A stretch of 49,226 nt of DNA from Catajapyx aquilonaris (lineage: Eukaryota): positions 1 to 49,226 of the forward strand of contig JYFJ02002896.1 of assembly GCA_000934665.2 (NCBI GenBank). The letters are read 5' to 3'. The position numbers and the translations under genes are program-made. Shown here in pieces: positions 22,151-38,678 of this stretch (positions within the stretch are counted from its first letter, which is position 1; the number at the start of each line of letters is the position of its first letter). The notes beneath the pieces are model-generated. The model saw nothing but the letters and a program-made list of their open reading frames with translations. It ran no database searches and was not told the DNA's origin.

Positions 22151-24454
22151 TATATTCCTACATGATGCTCAAAATTCTCCATTTTTCATCCTGAATCTTA
22201 AAAATGTCCTGGACAGCAACAATGTCACAATTATCAGTATGGCTCACTGATGAAATGTAGTCCAGGTCGTAGAAAATCTTTCCCCACGCGATGGTAGTTG
22301 CAGTCACCTGTTACCATAATGACACATTTAATTAAGAAATACACCAAAGCGTTTTGAAGTTAACAGTTCAACTTTATTATTTTGTAAAGTACACTTTGGC
22401 AGATTTCACAAGTTGATCGTGGTCTCTTTAAGTTATCCCCAACAAGGCGAGGGGCAAAGGATTAAGTCTACGTCTTTTCACATCATTTTTTTCAGCCATA
22501 TAAATAAACTGAAGACTTTGTTTTAGTTACAATTTTGGTATTCCATAGTTAGATCAGAAGTAGATGCAAAGAGCATACTAATGCAAGTGTGTTCAATGTA
22601 TTTTCAACACTCTAATAAAACAATTTTTTCACAAACAGTATAGTCCAATTCAAAATTGAGGTGGTTAGAAAAATGTGACATTAGTCCAAGTATGGCTGAA
22701 GAAAACAAACCATGAGGGGGTAGCAACTTCTCATCAAGGGGTGCACCAGTTACTGGTTACAAGTGGATATTCATCAGCTACCAACAGTTACTTGACATTG
22801 TACAGTGGTTACTTCGAGGTTTCTAACCCCTCATATAAGGACAGATTGTAGCATATCTGCAGGAAGGAAGTATCCAAATAAAACTTGCCCATGTCAAACT
22901 GGCCATTTCTCAGGTTTTATAACTGCTCCCAGAACATGAAATAAGTAGGAGTGCTCATTGGCAAGGCATCATCTATTAGAGGCAATCTACTCGAACTAAC
23001 AGAATGAATGTGCCAAGAGATGTGTCAACTCAGAGCTTACTGGGATTATGCAGGAAAAGAGTAGAAGTGGTATAATAGCACAAAATGTTTAAAAAAAAGT
23101 AATATTGCACAAACTATAGGGTGATCAGAAAGTTTGCAACCTTCATGATTCACCTCATTTTCACTAATTACCTCAGGAAAGGAAAGGATTCTGACACAAT
23201 ACATTCTGATAATTTTCCTCCTAGCCTCTGAGCATCATGACATTCTACTGTAGAGAATATACTTGGTTTTAGTTTGATGTAGCCATAGTTCATGCATCCG
23301 CTTCAATAGAATTTATCTCCCAAGTCCAGGAGTGGAGGTTCCAAATTCAAGAATACAGGCACGTTTGATCACTAGGAGGAACAGTGTTTGAAAAAGAGGA
23401 AAGTGATTATGTCGTCTTCATATGATAATGTTTCTAAAATTTAATTTTTAATGCAAGGGCTGGAGAGAGGAAGGGGGGGGGGGGGGGNACTTTCTGACCA
23501 CTGGGTAGTAATACAGTTAAACCTGTGTAGAGTGGAACCTGAATATCGCAGAAACCCTGTCTTTTGTGGAAATATTTTGCCAGGTTGACGAAAATATTGT
23601 GGCAGGTATCTCAAATTCAGAAAAAAAAATTGCCTTTGACCCAAGTTTCGACCTTACTTGAGGAGGTCACAAAGGCTACAATCTTTCTATTCTCCTCTTT
23701 TGTCACTGCTTCAGTGATTTGTTGACCACCAACTTGTTTCTTTTTTCAGCCACAATTTTCCAAAAACCATTTACAGATATGTAGGCCTATGGATGATCTC
23801 GTGTGTATATCCCATGAAGCATTACATTATTTTTCCAAATGGAGCATTGTCCTAAGCAGGAGAACTTGCCTAATACAGAAATTTTTTCACTGAATGGAGC
23901 CATTTCAATAAATGCAGGTTTCACTGTACTAGTACTGGCATGCTGACAAGAAAAGGATGCTTTGATGTTTTCTCAAATCATAAGCTGTTGAAGTAGGACA
24001 GTCAGTGTCACTAGCAGAACAATTTAAGCCTCCCTGTTTTGGTATTTAAGTTATTATGGCTTTTCCTTTTGAATTGGCACCTCTGCCAATGCACCCGTAA
24101 GGCCTGTGCTAGCATATCTAGGCATAACCTCCTGGCACATACATTGTTAAGGGTCAAGTCATTATTCAACATATCAAGGGATTCCTTGCCAATACTGATG
24201 TCCCAAGGAAACAAGTCCAATTTACAAAGCCAGTAAAGATGAAAGTCGTGTGCATGGCATGCATTTGACTTTCGTCCACTTTCGTCCATACTGGTTTTGC
24301 TGAAAAGGCTTTTTTTCTTGGGGCTGCAGAATAGTGGATTAATGGCCAGATAAAATATCAGCTAGTTTTTGAAATGATAGAGGATAAGAGAAAGTTGTGT
24401 AACTATTTCAGGGCAGGAATGATAGCTAGAAGTCAAGAAACACTGTAATGCATA

Positions 24455-24833
24455 CAGGGTTCTCCAATTGAAATGTCTATTTTTTACGTGGCAATTTTTG
24501 GCACTAAGCTGCTTATTTTTAACCAATGCCTTTTGAACAGTTGGTTTAGCAGTTATCACAAGCATTAGCAGTTTATGTTAGGGTGTGCCCTTTCTAATAT
24601 CTGAAATGGGACCTGACTTTCAAAAATGGGTTCAATCATTGACATTTAATGCCAATTGTTCCAATGGACCATTCCCAATTGAAATATCATTGCAGTCGGA
24701 GCTTGGTTAGAAGATTAAGTTCTACCTAGCATTAACAGCTAATACTTTTGATAATAGAAAGTAGCTTCAAAAATAAGCAGCTGTGTGCCAAAATATTGCT
24801 AATTACCACAGACGTTTCAATTTGAACACCCTG
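24455..24833. mobile_element. Old TA-flanked mariner-type MITE
   Basis: CAGGGTTCTCCAATTGAAATGTCT pairs imperfectly with AGACGTTTCAATTTGAACACCCTG, and both ends are flanked by TA. Confidence 0.6.
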
Positions 24834-25442
24834 TATTTGATGTGTCCATATCACTTCCTCACATGATTCTTTAAAAGTACTTACAACTCACTTGCAAAAT
24901 TTATTTTTCAAAATACTTTTCAAATGTAATGTGCAGTGTTGTTGTTGTTGTTGTTGTTGTTGTTTGTTTTTTTAAATATGTGCTCGCCATTGTAATTGGG
25001 GAGACTTGCAGCTTTTAATCGTACCGTACTTCAACAGATGTGAAACTGAACAAGTCCTTTAAACAAATCACATGATCAGATGCTTCCAGTAGGCCTACTT
25101 GAAATTAATGCGTCAGTAGTTTACCCAGTCTTGGCACATTCTGCACTACCTTTCATCAGATTTAATAGAATAATGGTTGACGTAATGATGTGAATTGGTG
25201 ACAAAAGTGATGCACAGTTTACTATTAAACACACCTGTTAGTCAAGTTTGTACTATTACATGCTTGCTTCACAAGTCAACATAATATTCACTAACTGTCA
25301 CCTGCTCCTGTTGCACTGGAATCTCACATACAGAACATGGACAATAAAATTACTTCCAAATGTGACCAGTTGCAGTCCTGTACAACTCTTTAATAATTAC
25401 AAACTAATGCAAGCACCATACATATTTTTCAGCAGATGTTTC

Positions 25443-25505
<63 letters not shown>
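25443..25505 (+). repeat. (AAT)n microsatellite
   Basis: About 21 perfect AAT units, read directly. Confidence 0.95.
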
Positions 25506-25506
<1 letters not shown>

Positions 25507-28411
25507 GGTCTTAAATCATGCTCTGTGAGGTACAAGCATTACTCTCAGGTATGAAAATTAATGCAATAATTTTGCTTCAGTTAGCTGCTAAGTCATGAAA
25601 ACAAGTTCTGAATTGCTTGATGCGAGGTTTTGTTTGTCAAATTATATATGAATGGTGTTTAAAGGCTCATTCCCAAATCTGCGATTCAACAGTGGCAGCA
25701 AGCAATTTTTCCAATTTGGAGGTTTAAAAAATCCATAACTGCAAGGTAAAGTGTTGCTAGTCTGACTGCATTTGTCTCAAAGAGTCAAGCAAGTATCACA
25801 TTACATTGTCACTCATTGTAGTTACAAATTTGTTTGAAACTCCCAGTCAGCAAAAAGCTCGCTTTTGGTACCAAGTTGTGGATATGTGAATGGACCTATG
25901 CCAATAAATTCATAATGAAACTTCTCATGGCCATATCCATATTAATGCAGTTTGACAGTAGCACAAGTTTGTTGATAAATCTCATTTGGTAGTGCAAACA
26001 CTGCATCTTGCTGTATAAGAGAACCTGTACATCAGATCGAGATCGTACACAAAGCATTTACATAATATATCAGCTTCAAGGCATCAGACCTGTTGCGATC
26101 ATGCTCAAATAAATGCTATTGAACATAGCTCACATGAACATTTATTTTACTAATTTGCCATTAACTTTAGTTTTGTCAAGTTATTTCAACCACTGGATGC
26201 CATGAGACATGCAAAAACACAACACATGTTGGAAAATACTGTGTAACAAAAACTTAAAAAGTTTAAGACCTAGGACTTTTCACAGAAGTCAAAAGAACTT
26301 CATAAATATTCTTGCAGTAAAAATTGCACCACCATTAGGAAAACCATAATCTGCCTCCTCCAATTAAACCAGGGATGTTCAACTTTGTTGGCAAGTGGGC
26401 TATACTGAGTGTGCTTAGCCACTGCTCCCCAGTTTTAAATACACAAATGACAGATACACAAAAATGACATAATAATGGAACCAAGCTGAATGGCCCTCGC
26501 ATATTGTAGAACACCAAAACATTCTCCAAATCTGTTCACAGCCACATGCGGCCCGCCATTATATGATGAGCATCTCTAGTTTAATGGTGTTAGCTTCAAC
26601 ATCTACTTCTAGATACAATTATGCTGTGTGCTAGCAACTTTCACAGAGCACAAAAAATATCAGCAACTTTTGTACGAAAACAACATCAGAGGCATACTCT
26701 ATGACAACAATTGATCTCATCCATTTGTACCCAAGGGAAGTGTGTAAAAGTATAATTATTATGCCGTCATAATATACTTAAGCATATAAAAGGGATGATC
26801 ATATGGACTGGCAGTTACAACCTAGTGGTTGACCCCACTTCTCCCCCCAACATCATCCTCCATGCTCCCTCCAGGCCCCCCTCTTCCCCCTACTTAAGAA
26901 AGAAGTTCCTCAACAGCTACGGGAGCTTTGCAGGACATTCATATTATAGTCATACAGAAGGGGGTTCAATTACCTCCTAGAAGCTGCCCAGAACAAGGAG
27001 GAGGTATGGTTGGAGAGTGTATGACATCACACTTGTAAGGCTATCTGGTCTGCAATGTCTGTGGGTGAGTAAATGAATGCATCCTTCCAACTCTAAACAT
27101 TCCATGGCCAGCTGCCAAAATCATTTTCGTCTTCCACTGTTTCAGTGTAACTACTGTGTGATGAAAATGCTTTCCTTAAAATAATATCATGCTGTTTGAA
27201 TAGTATGAACAGTTATAATTCAATTTCCAATCTATAGTTTGCATAATTTGATGTGGTACCCCTGCATAAGCAGTAAAACCATGATTAGACAAACGCTGAT
27301 GAGACGAAACCCTTATCTAGGGAATTCAATGCTTTGTTGGTTGGATACGACAAACTTAGGATATTTCATAAGTTAGTACAAAGTTACTTGAGGGTCCTGC
27401 CTGCTAGTATGAAAAACAGATGGGGAATAAGCCCATGCAGAAATGCAATTTTCATACCCTGCCACTTTCAATATGGGGAGGGAGGAATGGACTGTTATCA
27501 GTTTGCATATCCTGTGCATCAAAATGGTTGACAAGTGTGAAAGTGGCCCAGGTATATAATCCTCTGGGGAATGCAAGGAGGAGGGTGGGCGAGAAGAGCC
27601 TGTGGAGGAAAATCCAATGGCATACAGCCAAGAGGAAAGCAAAGTCAAATGGAAGTATGGGCCCACTAAGATTGTTGCGATGACATTTGCCAATTATGTA
27701 AATGCTGATGACTACGTAGAAATGTATGACAGATGAACCAACAACTGCCACTGCTGGGGGTAAGGCAGATCAGTAAGAAGGCATAATGTTGCCAAAAAAT
27801 AGGCATGATTGATTTCAAACTTAACGTCCGAAAAATTATAAGTGCTCATGCAGGCAGCCAGACAGACCAACGGAGCCATTCTATAAGTTGTTGTTTTTAA
27901 AAGAGAAGAGGTCTAAAAGATGGGGACGATTTTGCATTTTATTTCAATGCAAAATTGTCTATATCTTTTTGAGTGATATAGTACATTTCATGGTGGTGGA
28001 TGAAATTATTTTCAGATGGGGCACACACCACTCTCATGGGTATCTTCTGGCCTTTGATCCCAATGCAACTAAACTCTTAGCCACTGCCATTCCTGGTTTA
28101 GAAACCTTGTAAGTACCTTATAACTACTAAAACAATCACGGTGTTTGATTTGGGAGTTTGTAGTAAAGGTTATTTACCCCGAGATGGTGCACGAGGGAAG
28201 TGGCACCACAGTATCCCTATGCCCTAGGTGGGGGCTTGGGGAACTCCCAGCCAAATCTGGTAACAAGGGTAATATTGTGCTGAAGGAGTCTTACAAAACA
28301 ACATAATACTCTTAGCCATGTTATGTTGGTTCTACTGGAAATTGGTAACCATCAAGTTGGACCTGCCAGACCATAATTTCTGATGAGGAAACAAACTGCT
28401 ATGAACACCAA

Positions 28412-32135
<3,724 letters not shown>

Positions 32136-34207
32136 AGGGCAATTTCCATGCAGAAAGTGCTGCAAAATAAATTCAAATGATTAGTGTTTGATCCTACCAA
32201 TTTCACGGTTAATGAGATTTTTCGTGCTGCCTAATACTAACATGTAGCATGATGCAGGTAGTGAATGACGACTGATGTAGTTATATGGGAATTATTGGGG
32301 CTCATGGTCAAGGGTAAATTGATAACACTGGTCCAGCTCATTATCACTCATAAGGTCATGGGGAAACTCCTGCAAGCAAAATGCAGGCAGTTTCCTCACA
32401 CATGACCTTTACTGAACTTCAAGAAGATCACACTAGATGTAGGTTATCAAAAAACTTGACTAATAATTTCCTGCTTAAGACACTGAACTTCAATATGATA
32501 AGATGGAAACAATGTGGTGCAGGAGTAATACGTACTTGGTCCCATGAACCATGGTAATCTAGAATTGATGCCAAATGCAGGGTTTCTTTATCATTCTAAT
32601 GGAGTTGGCAGTCTCTCTCCTCTGTTAGAGGAGTAAATTATTGATGTAATACCCACCTAATGAACTCTATGCAAAGGAAGTGCAACAACACCACTGAACT
32701 TGGACCTACATGTACTGCCGTAGCCAAAATGATGAAGATATTCCATTACTTAACAGAAAAACATTTGATTTGCCTTTTATTTGATTGAGAAAAACATAAA
32801 AGTATGCTCTAATAATTATACTAGAGCATACTTTTATGTTTTTCTCGATCAACAGAGAATTATTCTATGTTGCTTTTGTTGTAAAATTCTGATAGTTAAC
32901 CAACACACCTCTAGCCCCCCCNCCCCCCCCCAAACCCCCCGTATCGAAAATGGCATATCAGTGTGTCATAATGAAGGTGAATACTTTTAAATCCTTATTA
33001 AAACTCTGTTGATACGTTCTACAACCCGTACATTACTCAGACAAAAATATGGCAACGAGCCAGGACCAGGTTCATTACAAAAACCGGTGATATCTCATAT
33101 CTCTTATTCAACCCTAATACCGTACACAGTCGCGGACACTGTCGCATGTCGCGGACAATAAGCAGAGCCACCACCGGTGTGACACCATACTTGTTACATC
33201 ACCTGACATTACTTCTCGAGCCAACAGATGGCTTTCTAGAAAGAATCGGACATTCCGCCACCAAGGTCCTGAGTTCGATCCCCGGTTCCGGTTGATACAA
33301 AAAAAAAAAAAAAAAAAAATCGTGCCGCGACGCGACGCCAGCATGACCAACCTGTGCATGGTGCCTCCCTGTTGGCAGCCCTTAAGTACCGGCTTGCCTA
33401 AAAATTTCAAAAGGTTATCAACCCCCCCATTACTTTGAACCTCCATATATTATAATCTAGCCATGGTGCGACATATGCAATGGCGTGAAGGCAGCCCAAT
33501 CTGGGCCAATCGATGTCACGGATGGATTCCCTTCCTTCGACTCACTGCAGGCTTCCCAAGCCAGAGTTTACAACAAGGTAGAGCTTCTCTCGCATGTGTG
33601 TCCCTCAAGGTTAAAATGGGCGCTGGCAGTGGTCCAGCCCCGCCTACATGGACAACCATCTTTTTTAGCCATGGCTTCGGCCGTTAGCCCTACAGCCTTG
33701 TAATACATCCCAATCCTAGTTTGAGGCAGGTCGTACCAATAACCCAACCTTGACCTGTGTCACTCAATTTTTTTTTTTTTTGCAACTAACGATTTTTTAA
33801 AGTCAGCTTGACATTGGCCCAGTTTGTCCCATCATTGTTCATATCCGATTTGTACCTACAGAAACACCTTAAACTCAATGGCTGCTAGATCCCCGCCCTC
33901 CAATTAATCAATACGAGTCTAGGGACACGTCACTTATCACGTGACTCAACTCTAGCTCCAACATAGTCCTATCCTATTCGGAATAGACGGCGGGAACTCC
34001 GTCATTGTTGTTGCCATGGTAACCCAACGGCTGTGGTCCCCCTTTTAATTCATGAGTTGTGCACCCCTCGAGCTAACGACCTGCTCTCGCCGGAAGAGGA
34101 CCACAGCAATGCAGAAAAGATCATCGATTGGGTGTGGTCTGACTCTAAAATAGGGCCATGTCACTCGAGGTCATAATAATGGTGCACTGCGCCCACTGAG
34201 TGCGAAA

Positions 34208-34456
34208 TCCCAAGGAGAAACACCCTAACTGCAAAAACTAGTAAGGGTGAAAGTCGCATGCATGTTCTGCACTAATCCTTCCTGAGTCATATGGGATTAG
34301 TGCATGACATGCACGCGATTGTCACCCTTACTAGCCCAGGTAGCACAAAATGTTGGGCCAATATTGGACGAATGTTGGGCCAATATTGGCTCGAATATTG
34401 GCCCAACTTTTTGTGCTACCTGGGTAGTTTTGTAGTTATGGTGTTTCTCCTTGGGA
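34208..34456. mobile_element. Palindromic MITE carrying a nested 90-bp CCCAGGTAGCAC element (34335-34424)
   Basis: Host arms are TCCCAAGGAGAAACACC.TAACT.CAAAAACTAGTAAGGGTGA and TCACCCTTACTAG[insert]TAGTTTTGTAGTTATGGTGTTTCTCCTTGGGA. The insert has TIR CCCAGGTAGCACAAAA / TTTTGTGCTACCTGGG and a TAG duplication; CCC termini suggest the CMC/EnSpm group. Confidence 0.8.
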
Positions 34457-34468
34457 CTGCAGATATAT

Positions 34469-34587
34469 CCTCCTGAGACCCGGAGTACAGTATACTGTAC
34501 CTTTGTTTTTGGTTTTTTTACGCGTTTGAGTTAGAAGGTGCTGGAAAAAACAAAGGTACAGTATACTGTACCAGGGGTCTCAGGAGG
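34469..34587. mobile_element. ~120-bp palindromic MITE, copy 1
   Basis: CCTCCTGAGACCC..GTACAGTATACTGTACCTTTG...CAAAGGTACAGTATACTGTACCAGGGGTCTCAGGAGG. A second copy lies at 46265-46380. Confidence 0.85.
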
Positions 34588-35289
34588 ATAAGCTCACCTG
34601 TCATAATTATGCCTTTTGAGCAATTTTACCAGATAGATGGCTTCTATCGGCCTATTGGCTTTTGAATTATGGCAATCGAAACAGCGCTTAGCGGTTCAAA
34701 AAAAAAAAAACAACAGAGATCCCCGACTGCCCGTATTATGTTTACACATGTTCTAATTGGAGAGGCAATGTTTAGCGCCCTTGGTACACGAAAAAATACA
34801 GGGGGTTCTGTCGGATCCCCGACGAAATAACGTTACACGTGCCCCCTGGTGTGATCAGCGACTAATCAACGCGCATTATTATTAAATGATTAGGGAGATA
34901 TTCGAGCGGATAATGCCTGCCGCTGGATAATCACATGTGCTTTTTCCCCCCCTCCCACCCCCTCACTCGCGGTACATTCATGCCGTTATTTTTCATCTCG
35001 TCAAAATGCATTATAGTCGGACAAATCAGGAGGATTATCGCCGCCATTTAAACCAGTTATGGTGCTCCAAACGCGGTTTTAATATACATTCTGAAATGAA
35101 CTCGCCGCATAATAAGGGACACGATTTTCCAGATTTTAACAGACGTCACTGATGCGTCATTCCTATTGGCCCAGGTCCAGGTTTTGGGCTAAGAAAAACA
35201 TAACATACGACTAGGTTTTACACTAGTGGGCCCGGGATTCGAACCCGTTCGAAGTACCCGCAACATTAAAAAAAAAAAAACTAAATGAC

Positions 35290-35490
35290 GGTCATTATCA
35301 AAACCAGGCTATCTCATGTTGCCAAATGTGTGTTAATTCCTGGTAACATGCAAAATTCTTATTTTCAATATATGGGACATTTTCAACGAGGGCAAGGGTC
35401 ACCAGGGCAGTGAAAAGACTCACTAAATCTGAATTTCCTGTTTTCTGAATGATTCGTACTGAAGAAGATAGCCTGGTTTTGATAATGACC
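35290..35490. mobile_element. MITE with a 25-bp perfect TIR
   Basis: GGTCATTATCAAAACCAGGCTATCT pairs with AGATAGCCTGGTTTTGATAATGACC. Confidence 0.7.
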
Positions 35491-37628
35491 TACTGTTAGT
35501 TCATTTATTCGTAAAAATATTTAAATATATTTTTTTTAAATAATGTGGCTGCCACATAACTATGATTTGATATTAAGCTACTGCAGTTATTGAATCTGAA
35601 AAAATCGCGGCTAAATAAAGGCTTACGTCATATTTTAGGGGTCAGGTCAACCCCTTGTTTCTATGCAGATTGAGTCGACAATCAGGACCAATCTGGAAGC
35701 AGTGACATTGAGCCCTATGGTGACCTCAGGTTCAAATAGTTGCCGTATACCTGTTGCGCAAGTAGTCACGAGGTACAGTGAGTTAACATGTATGCACCCC
35801 CCCCCCCCCTCCTTTTCTTTGATGTGTGTGTATGTGTGTGTAAGCTATCGCACAAGTTGATTCGGGGGCATTTATTAGCATATTTGCACTAGTTCTATCC
35901 GGTTTTGATCGGGTGATTCCGCAAGTTGAGGTCGTGACCTCCGACCTCCCTGCAATGTTAAGGCCACCCGGCCTAATGCCAAGGTCAACTACTGGCACCT
36001 GTAGGATTGTTTTGATTCGGACAACTTGAGCGTGACCTCTTGACCCACTGGACATAATGTGATTTTTGGTGAGTTTTTCTTACTAGTTCTGATAACCTCC
36101 ATAGCATTTCTGATAGGTTTGGGGGCACAGGCGCTGTAGCCTTCCGCGGACACGCCTAGCGATAGTCGCTTGATAACATAACCGATATACTCTTCGAAAC
36201 ATCAACAATCCGTTGCGGAAACAACGTGGTCCTATTTTTGTACAAATTTGTCAGACATAAAACCGGTTTTACATACAACCAAATTTTTTGGGGGGGTATT
36301 ATTTTAGTTCATCGCACTGCCGGTGTGTATGTTGGCGTTGTTGTTATTGATCAAGTTAAATTCGGTCAAGTTCTAGTTTCAGGAATGTCCAGTGAGAATG
36401 GGGGGGGGGGGGNGGGGGGGTTGGTCAGTATGCAAATTACATTTTTGTAACGAATTTTTCGGGGATAAAGCAAAACTGGTTGTGTCTATGGGAGCACCGG
36501 GTGTATAGAAATGCGACTGTGTTTACAATCATAAATTGACCAAAACTTCAGTTTTAGCTTATAAATTACCGTATGTATTTTTTTTATTTTTTTAATTATG
36601 AGCCACATTTTTTTTTTAATGTATACATTCCACAGGGAGGTATATCCGTGTGTATAACCGGGCAGGTTAGCATCCACAACTTTATGCTCGTGACTATACA
36701 AGTCCGGTTCATCGCCCTAAAACCCACGCTAAAATGTACCGGCAATTTTTAAACCCCCTGCACCACCATAGGGTGCGCCGGGTACACCCCACTCCCCATT
36801 GATCCGTCGAGGACCACTATAAAAAAAAAGAAAGAAAAAAAAGGCGTGCCCCTTAGAATACTCCTATTGCCGGTACTACATACATAAAATGTACTCACCC
36901 TGTATCCAGCTCTTTTACCCCACTCAGGCACCACCAGGGTCCCTCCCTCCCCGCCCGAACCGGAGGGCCCTTGGGCGCTCAAAGGCCTTGAATAAACGTC
37001 CGGATGCAACACACTATATATGTGTATACCCAAATTGTAGAATATCGGTATTCAAATATCGGATACACAATGGTGGTTGGATATGTTCTTATATGAGTAC
37101 AGATTCTTCGTTGGTACTGTCCTCTTTTTTGGTATGTACTCCGCCCTCGGTGCGCGCCCGCCCGCTTGTCCCGTCCACTAGTTCCACTGGATCCGCCAAC
37201 AAAAGCAACGCTGCTAGCGCCAAAATACGGAAGCTATTGGAGTTGGGCCACGGCGGGAGTGACGCCATTTTTGGTCCTGGTTTATACAGGTGAGAGATGT
37301 AGAAGTGGTACAGGAATCATTAGGAGGGATGAGTCATTTGATCGATATTTTTTGTTCAACCTTGTCTGGTGACCTGGAATACAAACAAATAAATAAAAAA
37401 TGTTACTATTTGGGTGTCAACAAGTCGATTTAAATAGTAGGGGGAAACTGAGGAAAACAGTCCTTAATGAGAAGATTGATTAAAATGTTGTAAGCAATCC
37501 AAGGATAGGGTCACAACCTGTCAATCAGTGACATCAAAAAATAGATTCTGATGTTTATGAATAGTGCTGCTTTTTTTTTGTCTTCGAATGTCTATACTGT
37601 ACAGGCGGTTATAAAGGACGAGTATCTT

Positions 37629-37742
37629 CCCAAGTAGCACGAATCGCCCTGGTATATCCCATGGATATCCAGATATCCACTGAATCGCCACTGGATATTT
37701 GGATATTCATGGGATATTCCAGGGTGATTCGTGCTACTTGGG
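37629..37742. mobile_element. Small CCCAAGTAGCAC palindromic element (same terminal family as 34335-34424)
   Basis: CCCAAGTAGCACGAATCGCCCTGG pairs with CCAGGGTGATTCGTGCTACTTGGG, with TT on both sides. Confidence 0.8.
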
Positions 37743-38601
37743 TTACCAGACGACACCGAGAAATTAGCCTCCAACAGAGGCCTCTTGGTCTGGTATGAAA
37801 AGATACTCTTAACCGACTACTATGCAGTTAGCATGATAAACATTATCCATCTTAACAGTTAGTAATAAATAGCTAACTTGACAGATAATATGTTCATATA
37901 GCTACGTTGCTATGTTTGGTGCCGCATGAACTGCACTAAGATCAATAATAATTGTTCCGTCTAGTGTATCCTTGGTAATTGTCTCTCACGGATAGGCATA
38001 CAAGCATGTGGATTCCCAGCCAGAGCTTCAGGTGGACGTTCCCTTGCCATGTTCTAAGGTCAAAGTACTCTGCATCAATTTTAGCATCCAGGCTTAATTA
38101 CACGCATGCAGCGGACTTCGGTTTTAATTATTTTGCCATAATTGCATAGGGAATATCCTGTATGTAGCACACGCCTCGACGGAAGATATGCCCTTAAGGC
38201 CAAATACCATTCACGGGTAATATGATCAAAACTTAATTGCCCCGGTAATTAAGTCTCGCAAAAATTATGGTCTTAGAAAAGGCAATAATCTTACATATTA
38301 TATAAGCTTACAGTATATCTAATATATGTATATATATTATAATAATAATATAAAGTGCAAATAGTTTGTGTGTAATAATAATGTCCGGGGTACCTAACCC
38401 ATCACTCCGGCGTACTGAGAGTGCTGAAACTTGGCACACTGACGTCTTACGTGCCGCTGATCGAGAGAAAAGTCTGAAAACTACACTTTTTTGAGTCTGA
38501 ATTTTATCTAAAATTTATGTTTTTTTTGTTTTTCATGAAATTATCTCGCATCTGCCGCAATTGTTATCAATCACCGTGCGAAGAACGGGCCCCATGCTAA
38601 C

Positions 38602-38622
38602 AAGAAGAAGAAGAAGAAGAAG

Positions 38623-38678
<56 letters not shown>
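38602..38678 (+). repeat. Compound (AAG)n(AAC)n microsatellite
   Basis: About 7 AAG units followed by about 18 AAC units, read directly. Confidence 0.95.

Noticed and set aside
25248..25514. Poly-Asn ORF
   Set aside because: It is a translation of the (AAT)n microsatellite.
22370..28410. Possible ~6-kb 3' UTR of CTDSPL2 ending at the AATAAA near 22375
   Set aside because: A nearer minus-strand AATAAA exists at ~27940 and old MITEs lie inside the interval; this cannot be decided without RNA data.
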